This document shows positions 42,136 through 51,693 of a stretch of DNA of 64,000 nucleotides, in pieces. Where the stretch lies: positions 1,688-65,687 of the forward strand of contig CAVTVO010000037.1 in the NCBI GenBank assembly GCA_963738065.1. Reading direction: 5' to 3'. Made by a program: the position numbers and the translations under genes. How positions within the stretch are numbered: the stretch's first letter is position 1; every line of letters begins with the position of its first letter. Under the pieces are notes generated by a model. It made no database searches. It had not been told where the DNA came from and was given only the letters and a program-made list of their open reading frames with translations. Origin of the DNA: an uncultured Alphaproteobacteria bacterium (GTDB lineage: Bacteria > Pseudomonadota > Alphaproteobacteria > Rhizobiales > Hyphomicrobiaceae).

Positions 42136-42849
42136 ATGCAGTGCGTGATCCTGGCTGGGGGACTGGGGACTCGGATCAAGGGGCGCAGCGGTGAGCTCCC
42201 GAAGGCCCTGATCCCTGTGCTCGGCAAACCTTTCATCTTCTATCAGCTGGAGTGGCTGGCGCGGCAAGGCGTGCGGCAGGTCGTCTTGTCGGTCGGTCAC
42301 CGGGGAGCGGCGATCACACAGGCTGTCGGCGACGGAGCAAGGTTCGGCGTCTCAGTGGCGTATTGCGACGAGGGCGAGGCGCTGCGCGGCACCGGGGGAG
42401 CCTTGCGGCTTGCCGCCGATCTCAATTTGCTGAACCCCGGCTTCTTCGTTCTCTATGGCGATTCTTACCTTCCGATCGAGCTTGCGCCCGTCTGGCTGAC
42501 CTCAGACGAGGGACGGGTGTGCACGATGACCGTGATGCGCAATTCCGGAAGATGGGACCGCAGCAACGTTGTTCTGCGCGATGGCGAGGTTCTCTACGAT
42601 AAATTTGCGTCCGGCCAGGCAGCTATGGAAATGGAGCATATCGACTATGGTTTAACCGTTTTGCGACGCGATGTAATCGTGAGCGAAATCGCCGCAAATG
42701 AGGTGATGGACATGGCGAGTCTTTTGCACACGCTGAGCGTTACCAAGCGATTGCGCGCCTTCGAAGTGTTCGAGCGGTTCTACGAGATAGGGTCGCCGGA
42801 AGGCCTCGATGATTTCGAGGCCTATGTCCGCGCCGGGGGGACAGGTTAG
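42136..42849 (+). CDS. Sugar-1-phosphate nucleotidyltransferase (HddC/GMP-like)
   Basis: GGAGGA RBS at 42120; MQCVILAGGLGTRIKGRSGELPKALIPV...VLYGDSYL... Confidence 0.85.
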   Translation: MQCVILAGGLGTRIKGRSGELPKALIPVLGKPFIFYQLEWLARQGVRQVVLSVGHRGAAITQAVGDGARFGVSVAYCDEGEALRGTGGALRLAADLNLLNPGFFVLYGDSYLPIELAPVWLTSDEGRVCTMTVMRNSGRWDRSNVVLRDGEVLYDKFASGQAAMEMEHIDYGLTVLRRDVIVSEIAANEVMDMASLLHTLSVTKRLRAFEVFERFYEIGSPEGLDDFEAYVRAGGTG

Positions 42850-43044
42850 CAACCCGTGCTCGGGGGTGCTGGGAGCACGCCGCCATGTTGGCAGCTCGTG
42901 GCGAGCATGCGGGACCCTGCCCAGCGCGCGTCAACGGCCGCTAAATCAAGGAGTGCCATGATGGCAGGGCACGGCTCGCCTATGGCAGCGGTGCTTTCGA
43001 GCTGGTAAAGCCTTGGAACGAGGCAAAGCAAGGCATCTCACCCC

Positions 43045-43642
43045 GTGAAGCGGCAAGCCACAATCGATCGCTCCACCAAGGAGACCAAGATCAAGGCCAG
43101 CGTCGATCTCGACGGGTCGGGGGCCTACGACATCGCGACCGGCATCGGCTTCCTCGACCACATGCTGGAGCAACTCTCGCGCCACTCGCTGATCGACATC
43201 ACGCTGAAGGCCAAGGGCGACCTGCACATCGACTTCCACCACACCACCGAGGATGCCGGCATCGTGCTGGGCCAGGCGGTGGCCAAGGCGCTGGGCGACA
43301 AGCAGGGCATCGCGCCGCTATGCGTGCGTCCACCTGCCCATGGACGAGGTGCTGACGCGGGTGGCAATCGACGTTTCGGGGCGGCCGCACCTGGTCTGGA
43401 AGGTGGCCTTCCCGACGCCGAAGATCGGCGAGATGGACACCGAGCTGTTCCACGAGTGGTTCCAGGCCTTCGCCATGAACGCCGGCATCACCCTGCACGT
43501 GGAGACGCTCTACGGCGCCAACAGCCACCACATCGCCGAGACCTGCTTCAAGGGCCTGGCCCGCGCGCTGCGCGAGGCCGTGGCGATCGATCCGCGCCAG
43601 GCTGGGCGTGTGCCGTCGACCAAGGGCTCGCTCAGCGTCTGA
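43045..43642 (+). pseudogene. hisB: Imidazoleglycerol-phosphate dehydratase; frameshift ~43312 as sequenced
   Basis: [18 protein letters not shown]...[14 protein letters not shown]...[11 protein letters not shown]...|[13 protein letters not shown]...[16 protein letters not shown]. Confidence 0.92.
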
Positions 43643-43822
43643 GCTGCATTCCCGGACGTCGAGTGTCCGCCCCGCAGGCGGTGCGAAACGATCCGGGATC
43701 CTGCCCGACGCAATGTGGATCAAGCCTCCCGCAGCGGTTCAAGATGGGGACGGCGGGACCACGGCTCTGCGCGCGGCGTGCTCCGGCCGGGGATGCAGGG
43801 GCCAGGACCGGGGATGCAGGCC

Positions 43823-44857
43823 TCAGCCAAACTTCAGCAGGCCCAGCTTGGCCAGGATGAAGCCGTGCGCGAAGCTGAACACCAGGCCGACGACGAGGAA
43901 CAGCAGCATCGGGCCCCAGCGCAGCTTCAGGATGACGCGCCACACGTAGAGCTGGAAGGCGATCGTCAGCCCCATCACGGCGAGCCCGAAGATGATCGGC
44001 AGGACCAGCGAGCCCGTCAGTGCCCACAGCACCATCTTCACGAGATCCGCCGCCGAGACGTAGAAGGCGGAATACATGTTGGCGTAGATGTTGGATGCCA
44101 CCACCAGGTTGCGCGCGCTCGGCGCGTAAAGCGACTTCGGCAGCGCATACATCACCATGAAGCCGAGCACGCCGCTGACAATGGCGACGAGATGCATCAC
44201 CGTGCTGCTCTCGAGCGCCTGGCCCTGCGCCACGATCGGATAGCTGACGAGGCTGCCGAGCCGCATGATGACCTCCTTGTGGAGGAACGGCACGATCGTC
44301 AGGAAGGCCGCGAACGCCAGCAGCGACTGGTAGAGCGCCTTGCGATCCTCGACCACCAGCTGGCGGATGCCGCGCAGCGGCGCGTGCAGCGTCGTGAGCA
44401 CGCGCATGAGATCGCCGAGGCCCACCATCTTGAGCAGCTGCTCGATCGGGACGTCGTCCGCTTCGCCGTGGCTAACGGGTGTCGACTGGGGCGCTGTCGC
44501 CAATTCCCCTCGCGCGGTCGGCTGGCGCGGGGGCGGCAGGGCCCGCGCAGCAGGTCGAGCGACCGGAGGAGCGGCCGGCCGTTGCGGCCTGCCGGACAGA
44601 CTGCGCAGCAGCTCGGCAATCGAGGTTTGGTAGTCGGCGAGCAGTATCGGCGTCGAGGCATCGACCACGGTGCGGGTGATCTGCTCCCACATGCCGTGGG
44701 CGAGCACGAACGTGCCGTTGCTGGAGTTCAGATCTTCCAGCAGATAGCCCCCGCCCGGCACCGTCGAGATGCGCGCGTGCGCCCGGCTGACGTAGGCGAA
44801 GTCCGACGGCACCTGGATATCTGCGCTGGATCCGTGCCTGCCGATAACAATTCTCAT
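43823..44857 (-). CDS. FHA-domain protein with Pro-rich linker and C-terminal ~5-TM membrane domain
   Basis: [29 protein letters not shown]...[12 protein letters not shown] (G-R...S-x-x-H...N-G FHA signature); the C-terminal 190 aa are strongly hydrophobic. Confidence 0.8.
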   Translation of the reverse strand: MRIVIGRHGSSADIQVPSDFAYVSRAHARISTVPGGGYLLEDLNSSNGTFVLAHGMWEQITRTVVDASTPILLADYQTSIAELLRSLSGRPQRPAAPPVARPAARALPPPRQPTARGELATAPQSTPVSHGEADDVPIEQLLKMVGLGDLMRVLTTLHAPLRGIRQLVVEDRKALYQSLLAFAAFLTIVPFLHKEVIMRLGSLVSYPIVAQGQALESSTVMHLVAIVSGVLGFMVMYALPKSLYAPSARNLVVASNIYANMYSAFYVSAADLVKMVLWALTGSLVLPIIFGLAVMGLTIAFQLYVWRVILKLRWGPMLLFLVVGLVFSFAHGFILAKLGLLKFG

Positions 44858-45086
44858 GGCCGACCGATGCTGCTGATTCGCTGCCCGTGCAGTTTAGCGA
44901 GGAGAGGACGGGAGCTAGCGGCGGGTGCGCAACGAGCTGTGGACGTGCGGCAGGCGGGCAACGCAATCCGGCTTGTCCTTTGGCATACCGGCGCCGATGC
45001 AACCGATTTAACCAGCTTTTGTGCGGCTTTGTTAACGCTTGGGGCCGACAGTGGGCGCTTGCGTGTCCAGCGTTCAATCGGTCTCC

Positions 45087-46889
45087 ATGCTCCTCTCTCC
45101 CAGCTTGCGCGAAGCCCTCGGTCACGTCGTCGCCATCGGCGGCTCCAAAGGGAGGGTCAAGCTGGTGCCGCCGGCCAAATCGGGCAAGCCCGACGATCCC
45201 CATGTCACGGTCGGCAAATTCCTCGCCATGCACTCCGCCCTCTCGACCGTGGTTGGCGTCATCACCGACGTGGAAAGCGACGGGCTCGCCGGTGACGGCC
45301 ACCTGATGGCGAGGATCGACCTGTTCGGCGAGATCCGGCGCGGCGATGGCGGGCGGCCCTCCTTCCAGCGCGGCATCACCAACTATCCCGTCGTCGGTGA
45401 CAAAGTCGACCTGCTCGGCAGCGACGGCCTGCGCGCGGTCTACGACACTGCCGGAGCGGACGTCATCAACATTGGCCACCTGCAGCAGGACAGCACCGTT
45501 GGCGCCTACATCAAGGTCAACGAGATGCTGCGCAAGCATTTCGCCTTCTTCGGCTCGACGGGCGTCGGCAAATCGAGCGGCGTTGCCGTCATCCTGCGCC
45601 AGGTGCTGGAGGCCAAGCCCGCGCTGCGCGTGTTCCTGGTCGACCCGCACAACGAGTATGCCCGCTCCTTCCGCGAGAAGGCGCAGGTGCTCAACCCCAA
45701 GAACCTCAGGCTGCCGTTCTGGCTCTTCAACTTCGAGGAGACGGTCGACGTGTTTTTCCGCGGTCGACCGGGCCTTGATGAGGAGGTGGAGATCCTCTCC
45801 CACGCCATCCCCCTCGCCAAGGCGCAATTCGCGCTGGCCCACGGCGGCGGTGGGCAGACGCTGCGCAAGATCGATCCGACTGGAACCTCCTTCACGGTCG
45901 ACACGCCCGTGCCCTATCGTCTGTCCGACCTCGTCAGCCTCATCGACGAGCGCATGGGCAAGCTCGAGAACCGCTCCTCGGCCAGCAAGTACAGCCGGCT
46001 CATCTCGCGCATCGAGACCGTGCGCAAGGACCAGCGCTACGCCTTCATGTTCGACAACGCCAATGCCGGCGGCGACACCATGGCGGAGGTCCTGACCCAG
46101 CTCTTCCGCCTGGTGCCCGACGGCAAGCCGATGACCGTGATGCAGCTCGCCGGCTTTCCGGCCGAGGTGGTCGATTCGGTGGTCTCGGTGCTCGGCCGCA
46201 TGGCGTTCGAGTTCGGCCTCTGGAGCGACGGCGCGGTGGAGCTGCTGTTCGTATGCGAGGAGGCCCACCGCTATGCCCCGGGCGACCGGTCGATCGGCTT
46301 CGGTCCGACCCGCAAGGCGATTTCCCGCATTGCCAAGGAGGGTAGAAAGTATGGCGTGTTCCTGGGCCTGGTAACGCAGCGCGCGGCCGAGCTCGATGCC
46401 ACCATCATCTCTCAGTGCAGCACGCTGTTTGCCATGCGCATGGCCAACGAGCGCGACCAGCAGGTGATCCGCGCCGCCGTCTCGGACGCCGCCGCCAGCC
46501 TGCTCGAGTTCGTGCCCTCGCTCGGCACGCGGGAGACGTTCGCGTTCGGCGAGGGCGTCGCACTGCCGACGCGGCTGCGGTTCAGCCAGCTCGCCGCCGA
46601 GCACATTCCCAGGAGCGAATCGGTGAGCAGCAGCGAGCTTACCGACGCGAGCATGGGCATCGATGCCGCCTTCGTCGAGCGGGTGGTCGAGCGTTGGCGC
46701 GGCGCCACCATGGGCAACAAGCGCAAGGTGGGCGACAGCCTAAACGGAGATCCCGACAAGGCGAACGTGCCCCCGCTCGAGACGGAGAGGGCGCTCCTGC
46801 GGGATGTGGCGGTTGCCATGCGCCGCGAGCCGGCCTCCGATGCAGCCAACGCGGGCCCGGCGACGTCGACCAGGTCCCTGCGCAAATAA
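45087..46889 (+). CDS. HerA/FtsK-superfamily ATPase (DUF87-like, N-terminal HAS-barrel)
   Basis: HVVAIGGSKGRVKL...VGVITDVE... (barrel); FAFFGSTGVGKSSGV (Walker A); LLFVCEEAHRYAP (Walker B); GVFLGLVTQRAAELD. Confidence 0.8.
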   Translation: MLLSPSLREALGHVVAIGGSKGRVKLVPPAKSGKPDDPHVTVGKFLAMHSALSTVVGVITDVESDGLAGDGHLMARIDLFGEIRRGDGGRPSFQRGITNYPVVGDKVDLLGSDGLRAVYDTAGADVINIGHLQQDSTVGAYIKVNEMLRKHFAFFGSTGVGKSSGVAVILRQVLEAKPALRVFLVDPHNEYARSFREKAQVLNPKNLRLPFWLFNFEETVDVFFRGRPGLDEEVEILSHAIPLAKAQFALAHGGGGQTLRKIDPTGTSFTVDTPVPYRLSDLVSLIDERMGKLENRSSASKYSRLISRIETVRKDQRYAFMFDNANAGGDTMAEVLTQLFRLVPDGKPMTVMQLAGFPAEVVDSVVSVLGRMAFEFGLWSDGAVELLFVCEEAHRYAPGDRSIGFGPTRKAISRIAKEGRKYGVFLGLVTQRAAELDATIISQCSTLFAMRMANERDQQVIRAAVSDAAASLLEFVPSLGTRETFAFGEGVALPTRLRFSQLAAEHIPRSESVSSSELTDASMGIDAAFVERVVERWRGATMGNKRKVGDSLNGDPDKANVPPLETERALLRDVAVAMRREPASDAANAGPATSTRSLRK

Positions 46890-47125
46890 CCTGGGCAGAA
46901 GGCCCGCTCAGAGGCGACCTTTAGCCGCAAAAACAGGCAGATACGGCGATCAATTAAGGCGGCGTCGGCCTGCGTCGCAGTGCCACGCAGGTCTGCTCAA
47001 ACTTGGACCGCAATCTCACGTACTGAAGCGGCACCAATCTTAACGAACACCGTTGATGCTGCCGTTCAGGAAGCGGCGTTGCGGATATAAGCGCCAAGCT
47101 GGCGACGGGACGAGGCAGCCTGTAG

Positions 47126-47836
47126 ATGAGTTCGCGGAAATTTGGGCGTGCGTACGCGCGGTGTCAGGTCTTGATCGACTTCGATGGCACCATTGCCCCC
47201 GACGACCCCACGGATTGCCTGCTCGAGCGCTTCGCGGACCCCGCCTGGCGCGGCGTCGAGGAGGCCTGGCAGGGCGGACGCATCTCGTCGCGCGAGTGCA
47301 TGCAGCGTCAGGTCGAGCTCTTGCGGGCGACGCCCCAGGAGATCGATGCGGCGATCCGCCAGACGCGCATAGACCCAGCGTTCCCGGCATTCTTGAAGTT
47401 CTGCTGGGCCCGAGGCCTCCAGGCCATGGTGGTCTCCGATGGGTTCGACCGCGTCGTGCGCAGCGTGCTGGCAGCCGCGGGGCTTCCGATACCCTTCTTC
47501 GCCAACAAGCTCGAGTGGTGTGGCGGCGACCGGTGGCGGCTGGCGTTTCCGCATTCGCAGCCGCAATGCCGCGTCGCAAGCGCCAACTGCAAGTGCTCGC
47601 ACGGCATCGGTCGCTCGACCTGCAGGACTGTGGCCGTCGGCGACGGCCGCTCCGACTTTTGCATGTCGACGCGCGCCGATTTCGTCATCGCCAAGGGGAC
47701 GCTCGCCGCCTTCTGCCGCAGCCGTGGGCTGCCGCATCGTCCCTTCGAGAACTTCTCGGACGCGGCCGCTCACCTGAGCGCTTGGCTTCAGTCCGACGCG
47801 CTCGACGCGCCGGCGCCGGTCGCGTCGGCCGGTTGA
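47126..47836 (+). CDS. HAD-superfamily phosphatase (MtnX/PSPase-like)
   Basis: VLIDFDGTIAPDD...VVSDGF...VGDGRSDF motifs I-IV. Confidence 0.7.
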   Translation: MSSRKFGRAYARCQVLIDFDGTIAPDDPTDCLLERFADPAWRGVEEAWQGGRISSRECMQRQVELLRATPQEIDAAIRQTRIDPAFPAFLKFCWARGLQAMVVSDGFDRVVRSVLAAAGLPIPFFANKLEWCGGDRWRLAFPHSQPQCRVASANCKCSHGIGRSTCRTVAVGDGRSDFCMSTRADFVIAKGTLAAFCRSRGLPHRPFENFSDAAAHLSAWLQSDALDAPAPVASAG

Positions 47837-47890
47837 GGACATCCCAGTGACGAGCAGCTCTCGACCCCTCATCGACTTCGGACGGTAGCC

Positions 47891-48748
47891 GTGGACTCAG
47901 CAGACGTTGCGGACCGGGGCTATCGCTTTGCGGGAGGGCGGCTCGGCGTCCTTCTCATTCACGGCCTCGGCGGCACGCCGATGGAAATGCGCTTCGTCGC
48001 GCAGGGTTTGGCGCGGGCGGGGCACACGGTGCATGTGCCGCAGCTCGCCGGCCATTGCGGGAGTGTCGAGGACCTCAAAGCAACCAGCTGGCTCGACTGG
48101 TACGTGAGTGTGGAGGAGGAGCACGACCGGCTGAAGCAGCAATGCGATCGGATCGTCGTCGGCGGGCTTTCGATGGGTGCGATTCTGGCTGCCTACCATG
48201 CCGCCCGCCACCCGGAGGATGTCTTCGCCCTGGCGCTCTATGCGCCCACCCTGCGCCTGGATGGTTGGGGCATCCCCTGGTACAGCAAGCTGTTCGATCT
48301 CGTGCACTACAAGTGGTTCGCCGACCTGTTCCTGTTCGCGGAAAGGGATCCTTGGGGCATCAAGGACAAGCGCCTGCGCGAGCTGGTCAAGACAGCCATC
48401 CTGAGCGGAGACAGCGCGCAGGCCGGCATCGCCGCGCTGCCGGGCAGCCTGATGCTGGAATTGCGCTGGCTGGTTCAGGAGACGAAGAGGAATGCGGCCC
48501 GCGTCCGGCAGCCGACACTCGTAGTGCATCCGCGCGACGATGACCGGGCGGGCCTCGGCAACATGAAGTTCCTGCAGGAGAAGCTCTCCGGCTTGGTCGA
48601 GACGGTCATCCTCGACGACAGCTATCATATCGTCACGCTGGACCGGCAGCGGCACCTGGTGGTGGACCGCACGCTCGATTTCATCACCCGCTCCCAGCAG
48701 TTTGCCGGCGACTTTGCCGCAGTGGCACCCTCATACGTTAGCGGCTGA
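47891..48748 (+). CDS. Alpha/beta-hydrolase (esterase/lipase-like)
   Basis: GTG start; LLIHGLGGTP...VGGLSMGA (GxSxG)...DDSYH. Confidence 0.8.
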   Translation: MDSADVADRGYRFAGGRLGVLLIHGLGGTPMEMRFVAQGLARAGHTVHVPQLAGHCGSVEDLKATSWLDWYVSVEEEHDRLKQQCDRIVVGGLSMGAILAAYHAARHPEDVFALALYAPTLRLDGWGIPWYSKLFDLVHYKWFADLFLFAERDPWGIKDKRLRELVKTAILSGDSAQAGIAALPGSLMLELRWLVQETKRNAARVRQPTLVVHPRDDDRAGLGNMKFLQEKLSGLVETVILDDSYHIVTLDRQRHLVVDRTLDFITRSQQFAGDFAAVAPSYVSG

Positions 48749-48863
48749 GGTCTGAAGGGGCGGCCGAGCCAAGCCCTCCAGGCCATGGTTGCCGCTCAAA
48801 CCCTCTCGCCTTCCCGGTCCGATCCGATTAGAACGGGGCGACACAACAGCCGGGCGCAATCCC

Positions 48864-49334
48864 ATGCTGACGTTCACCGTTCACGAGCCGCCCAATCCGC
48901 CAGCCGACCGGGTCGACCGGGCGGAGAGCCTGGTCTTCGTCAAGGATGGCTTCTCCTGGCTTGCGGCTCTGTTCGCCCCGCTGTGGCTCATCGCCCATCG
49001 GCTGTGGTGGCCGCTGCTGGGCTACCTTCTGCTGGCCGGGAGCTTCGACGCGACGAAGCGCCTTGCCGGCGTCGATCCCCGTTGGACTGGGATCGCCATG
49101 CTCGCCCTCAACCTGCTGGTCGGCTTCGAGGCTGATACCCTGCGGCGCTGGGCCCTGGAGCGACGCGGCTGGCGCATGCTGGGCTCTGTCACCGGCAAGA
49201 CGGCCGCGGAATGCGAGCGCCGCTTCTTCGAGACTTGGTTGCCGAGCCAGCCGATCATCGCCCCGCGCACGGAGCCCAAGCCCCCCGGCGAAGGCCGCTG
49301 GCGCATGGGCGGGCTTCTCGGAGCGCGCTCCTGA
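48864..49334 (+). CDS. DUF2628-like membrane protein, commonly found between hisB and hisH in Rhizobiales
   Basis: [49 protein letters not shown]...; family call from memory. Confidence 0.6.
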   Translation: MLTFTVHEPPNPPADRVDRAESLVFVKDGFSWLAALFAPLWLIAHRLWWPLLGYLLLAGSFDATKRLAGVDPRWTGIAMLALNLLVGFEADTLRRWALERRGWRMLGSVTGKTAAECERRFFETWLPSQPIIAPRTEPKPPGEGRWRMGGLLGARS

Positions 49335-49350
49335 CACGAGCAGCCGTCCC

Positions 49351-50004
49351 ATGCAGCGCCTCGTCATCATCAACTACGGCTCCGGCAACCTGCATTCGGC
49401 GGCCAAGGCCTTCGAGCGCGCCGCGCGCGAGAGCGAGGTCGATATCGCCATCGAGGTGAGCGCCGATCCCGCGGCGGTGACTTCTGCCGACCGCATCGTG
49501 CTGCCCGGCGTCGGTGCCTTTGCCGACTGCAAGGCGGGCCTCGAGGCCGTGACCGGCATGCGCGAGGCCCTGGAAGGCAGCGTGCGTGGGAAGGGCCGGC
49601 CGTTCCTTGGGATCTGCGTCGGGGCACAGCTGATGGCCGAGCGCGGCCTGGAGTTCCGAATCACGCCGGGGTTCGGCTGGATCAAGGGTGACGTTGCGGC
49701 CATCGAGCCCAAGGACCCCGGCCTGAAGATCCCGCACATGGGCTGGAACACGCTGCGGGTGGTCAACCCGCACCCGCTTCTCGCGGGCATCAAGACGGGA
49801 CCCGACGGCCTGCACGCCTACTTCGTCCACTCTTTCCACCTGGTCCCGACCGACCGCAGCACGCTGGTGGCGGAGGCGGACTACGGTGGACCGGTGACCG
49901 CGATGGTCGGGGTCGACAACATCGCGGGCACTCAGTTCCACCCGGAGAAGAGCCAGACGCTGGGCTTGCGGCTCATCTCCAACTTCCTGAAGTGGCGGCC
50001 TTGA
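49351..50004 (+). CDS. hisH: Imidazole glycerol phosphate synthase, glutamine amidotransferase subunit
   Basis: [17 protein letters not shown]...LPGVGAF...GICVGAQLM...PHMGWN...FVHSF...GTQFHPEKS. Confidence 0.93.
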   Translation: MQRLVIINYGSGNLHSAAKAFERAARESEVDIAIEVSADPAAVTSADRIVLPGVGAFADCKAGLEAVTGMREALEGSVRGKGRPFLGICVGAQLMAERGLEFRITPGFGWIKGDVAAIEPKDPGLKIPHMGWNTLRVVNPHPLLAGIKTGPDGLHAYFVHSFHLVPTDRSTLVAEADYGGPVTAMVGVDNIAGTQFHPEKSQTLGLRLISNFLKWRP

Positions 50005-50033
50005 GGGGCTGGGGGAGGGGAACCCCCCGGGGG

Positions 50034-50363
50034 TCAGGCCGCCTGGGCTTCAGGCAACGCAGCGACAGGGAACGCAACGACATTGCCGATCTCGGCGCCG
50101 CTCTCCTGGCGCCGCTTGCGGAACCATCGGAGCGCCGTGTTGAGCAGGAGGGCGTTGGCCTCGACCTGCTGGATCAACAGGCCGTCTTCGCCGTCGAGGT
50201 GCGGCTTGAGGTGGCGCTCGAGGGCATCGGCCCGCTCGCAGGATTGCACATACCAGGTTGTGTCGAGCGGGCGAGCCCAGGCTTCGCCAAGCTGCATGAT
50301 GGCGCCGGCGAGGCTATGACGGGCCGGGGAGGCGAGATCGTAGGTGATGAGATAGGTGCGCAT
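50034..50363 (-). CDS. Small hypothetical protein (109 aa)
   Basis: The C-terminal part of ORF 50034..51407(-) reads as a real protein: [41 protein letters not shown]...LLIQQVE.... No family is assigned. Confidence 0.45.
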   Translation of the reverse strand: MRTYLITYDLASPARHSLAGAIMQLGEAWARPLDTTWYVQSCERADALERHLKPHLDGEDGLLIQQVEANALLLNTALRWFRKRRQESGAEIGNVVAFPVAALPEAQAA

Positions 50364-50523
50364 GTGGGGTCTCGTGGGCGGCGAGAGGGGAGTAGGTATC
50401 GCTCCGGCCGACGCACCACAGGGCCGGAACGTAGAGAGAACATGCCGCGATTCGCCAAGCGAGTCGAGCAAGAGTTCTGAATTTGTTCCTATCCAGCCAG
50501 GCGCCTCCAGCGAGGTCAGCGCT

Positions 50524-50871
50524 TCAGGCCTGCTCGTCGTCCAGGCAATCGAACAGCCCCGGCTGCAGATCGGAGGGAACGCCCCGCGGGATGCGCCGAT
50601 GCGGGCCGTAGTCGATGCGGTCGACGAGGCCAGGATAGCGCTCGCGGAAAAGCTCCAGCGCCTTGTCCCGGCTGCCGGGAAAGCGCTTCTGTTCCCAGAC
50701 CTCATAGAGCCGGCGCGGATCGCACCCGTAGCGGATGAGGAGGTCTTTGCGCCGGATGCGGAGCCAGCGCGAGATCCAGATATCGATGGCGTCGGCCTCC
50801 GAGAGCCGGCGCTGGGCCGGGGATGGAACCGGGGGCGTCGCGACGACGCGAGCTTGACGGACGAGCAACAT
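50524..50871 (-). CDS. Small hypothetical protein (115 aa), possibly HTH-like
   Basis: C-terminal part of ORF 50524..51861(-): ...[48 protein letters not shown]...; no family assigned. Confidence 0.45.
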   Translation of the reverse strand: MLLVRQARVVATPPVPSPAQRRLSEADAIDIWISRWLRIRRKDLLIRYGCDPRRLYEVWEQKRFPGSRDKALELFRERYPGLVDRIDYGPHRRIPRGVPSDLQPGLFDCLDDEQA

Positions 50872-50919
50872 GCCCCATTGTGCGCGCACGAAGATAGCAA
50901 AGTGATGGCCGCCGCCCGC

Positions 50920-51648
50920 ATGATCCTGTTTCCCGCCATCGACTTGAAGGACGGCCGCTGCGTGCGCCTCGTGCGCGGCGAGATGGGCAAAGCCACCGTT
51001 TTCAACGACGACCCGGCGGCGCAGGCAAGAGCCTTCGAGGCCCAGGGATTTCGCTGGCTGCACATCGTGGACCTCAACGGGGCCTTCGCCGGCAAGCCCA
51101 TCAATGCGCCGGCGGTCGAGGCGATCCTTGGCGTGGTGTCGGTCCCGGTGCAGCTCGGCGGCGGCATCCGCGACCTTGCCACCGTCGAGACGTGGCTCGG
51201 CAAGGGCGTGCGCCGCGTGATCCTCGGCACGGCGGCCGTCAAGAACCCCGAGCTGGTATGCGAGGCCTGCAAGGTGTTCCCGGGGCGCATTGCGGTCGGC
51301 ATCGATGCCAGGGGCGGGCGGGTCGCTGTGGAGGGCTGGGCGCAGACGAGCGACCTTTCCGCCGTCGAGCTGGCGCGGCGGCTCGAGGGCTGCGGCGTCG
51401 CCGCCATCGTCTACACCGACATCGACCGCGACGGCGTGCTCCAAGGCCTCAACCTGCCGGCCACCGCAGCCCTGGCGCGGGCAACGTCGATCCCCGTGAT
51501 CGCCTCCGGCGGCCTTGCCGGCATCGCGGACATCGAGGCTCTGCTGCGGCCCGAGCATGCTATGCTCGAAGGCGCAATTGCCGGCCGCGCCCTCTACGAC
51601 GGCCGGCTCGATCCGCGCGAGGCGCTGGCCCTGCTTGCGAGGCAATAG
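50920..51648 (+). CDS. hisA: ProFAR isomerase
   Basis: [18 protein letters not shown]........DP...A..F...[11 protein letters not shown]...GGGIR...[11 protein letters not shown]...YTDIDRDG; alternative ATG at 50905. Confidence 0.93.
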   Translation: MILFPAIDLKDGRCVRLVRGEMGKATVFNDDPAAQARAFEAQGFRWLHIVDLNGAFAGKPINAPAVEAILGVVSVPVQLGGGIRDLATVETWLGKGVRRVILGTAAVKNPELVCEACKVFPGRIAVGIDARGGRVAVEGWAQTSDLSAVELARRLEGCGVAAIVYTDIDRDGVLQGLNLPATAALARATSIPVIASGGLAGIADIEALLRPEHAMLEGAIAGRALYDGRLDPREALALLARQ

Positions 51649-51693
51649 GCGGCCCGCTTCATACGCAGGCCGCGAAGTGTTACGTTGTCGTCC

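Noticed and set aside
44472-46604. 710-aa minus-strand ORF
   Set aside because: It is antisense to the HerA-like ATPase and has no recognisable motifs. The same reasoning applies to 12290..13873(-), 15041..16414(-), 16420..17802(-), 14301..15074(-), 20643..21479(-), 35166..36263(-) and 40297..41382(+).
50034-50363. Calling the 109-aa protein a Cas2 or VapD homolog
   Set aside because: The only similarity is a short N-terminal YLITYDL-type resemblance. There is no CRISPR array or cas gene nearby, so the evidence is insufficient. It is kept as hypothetical.
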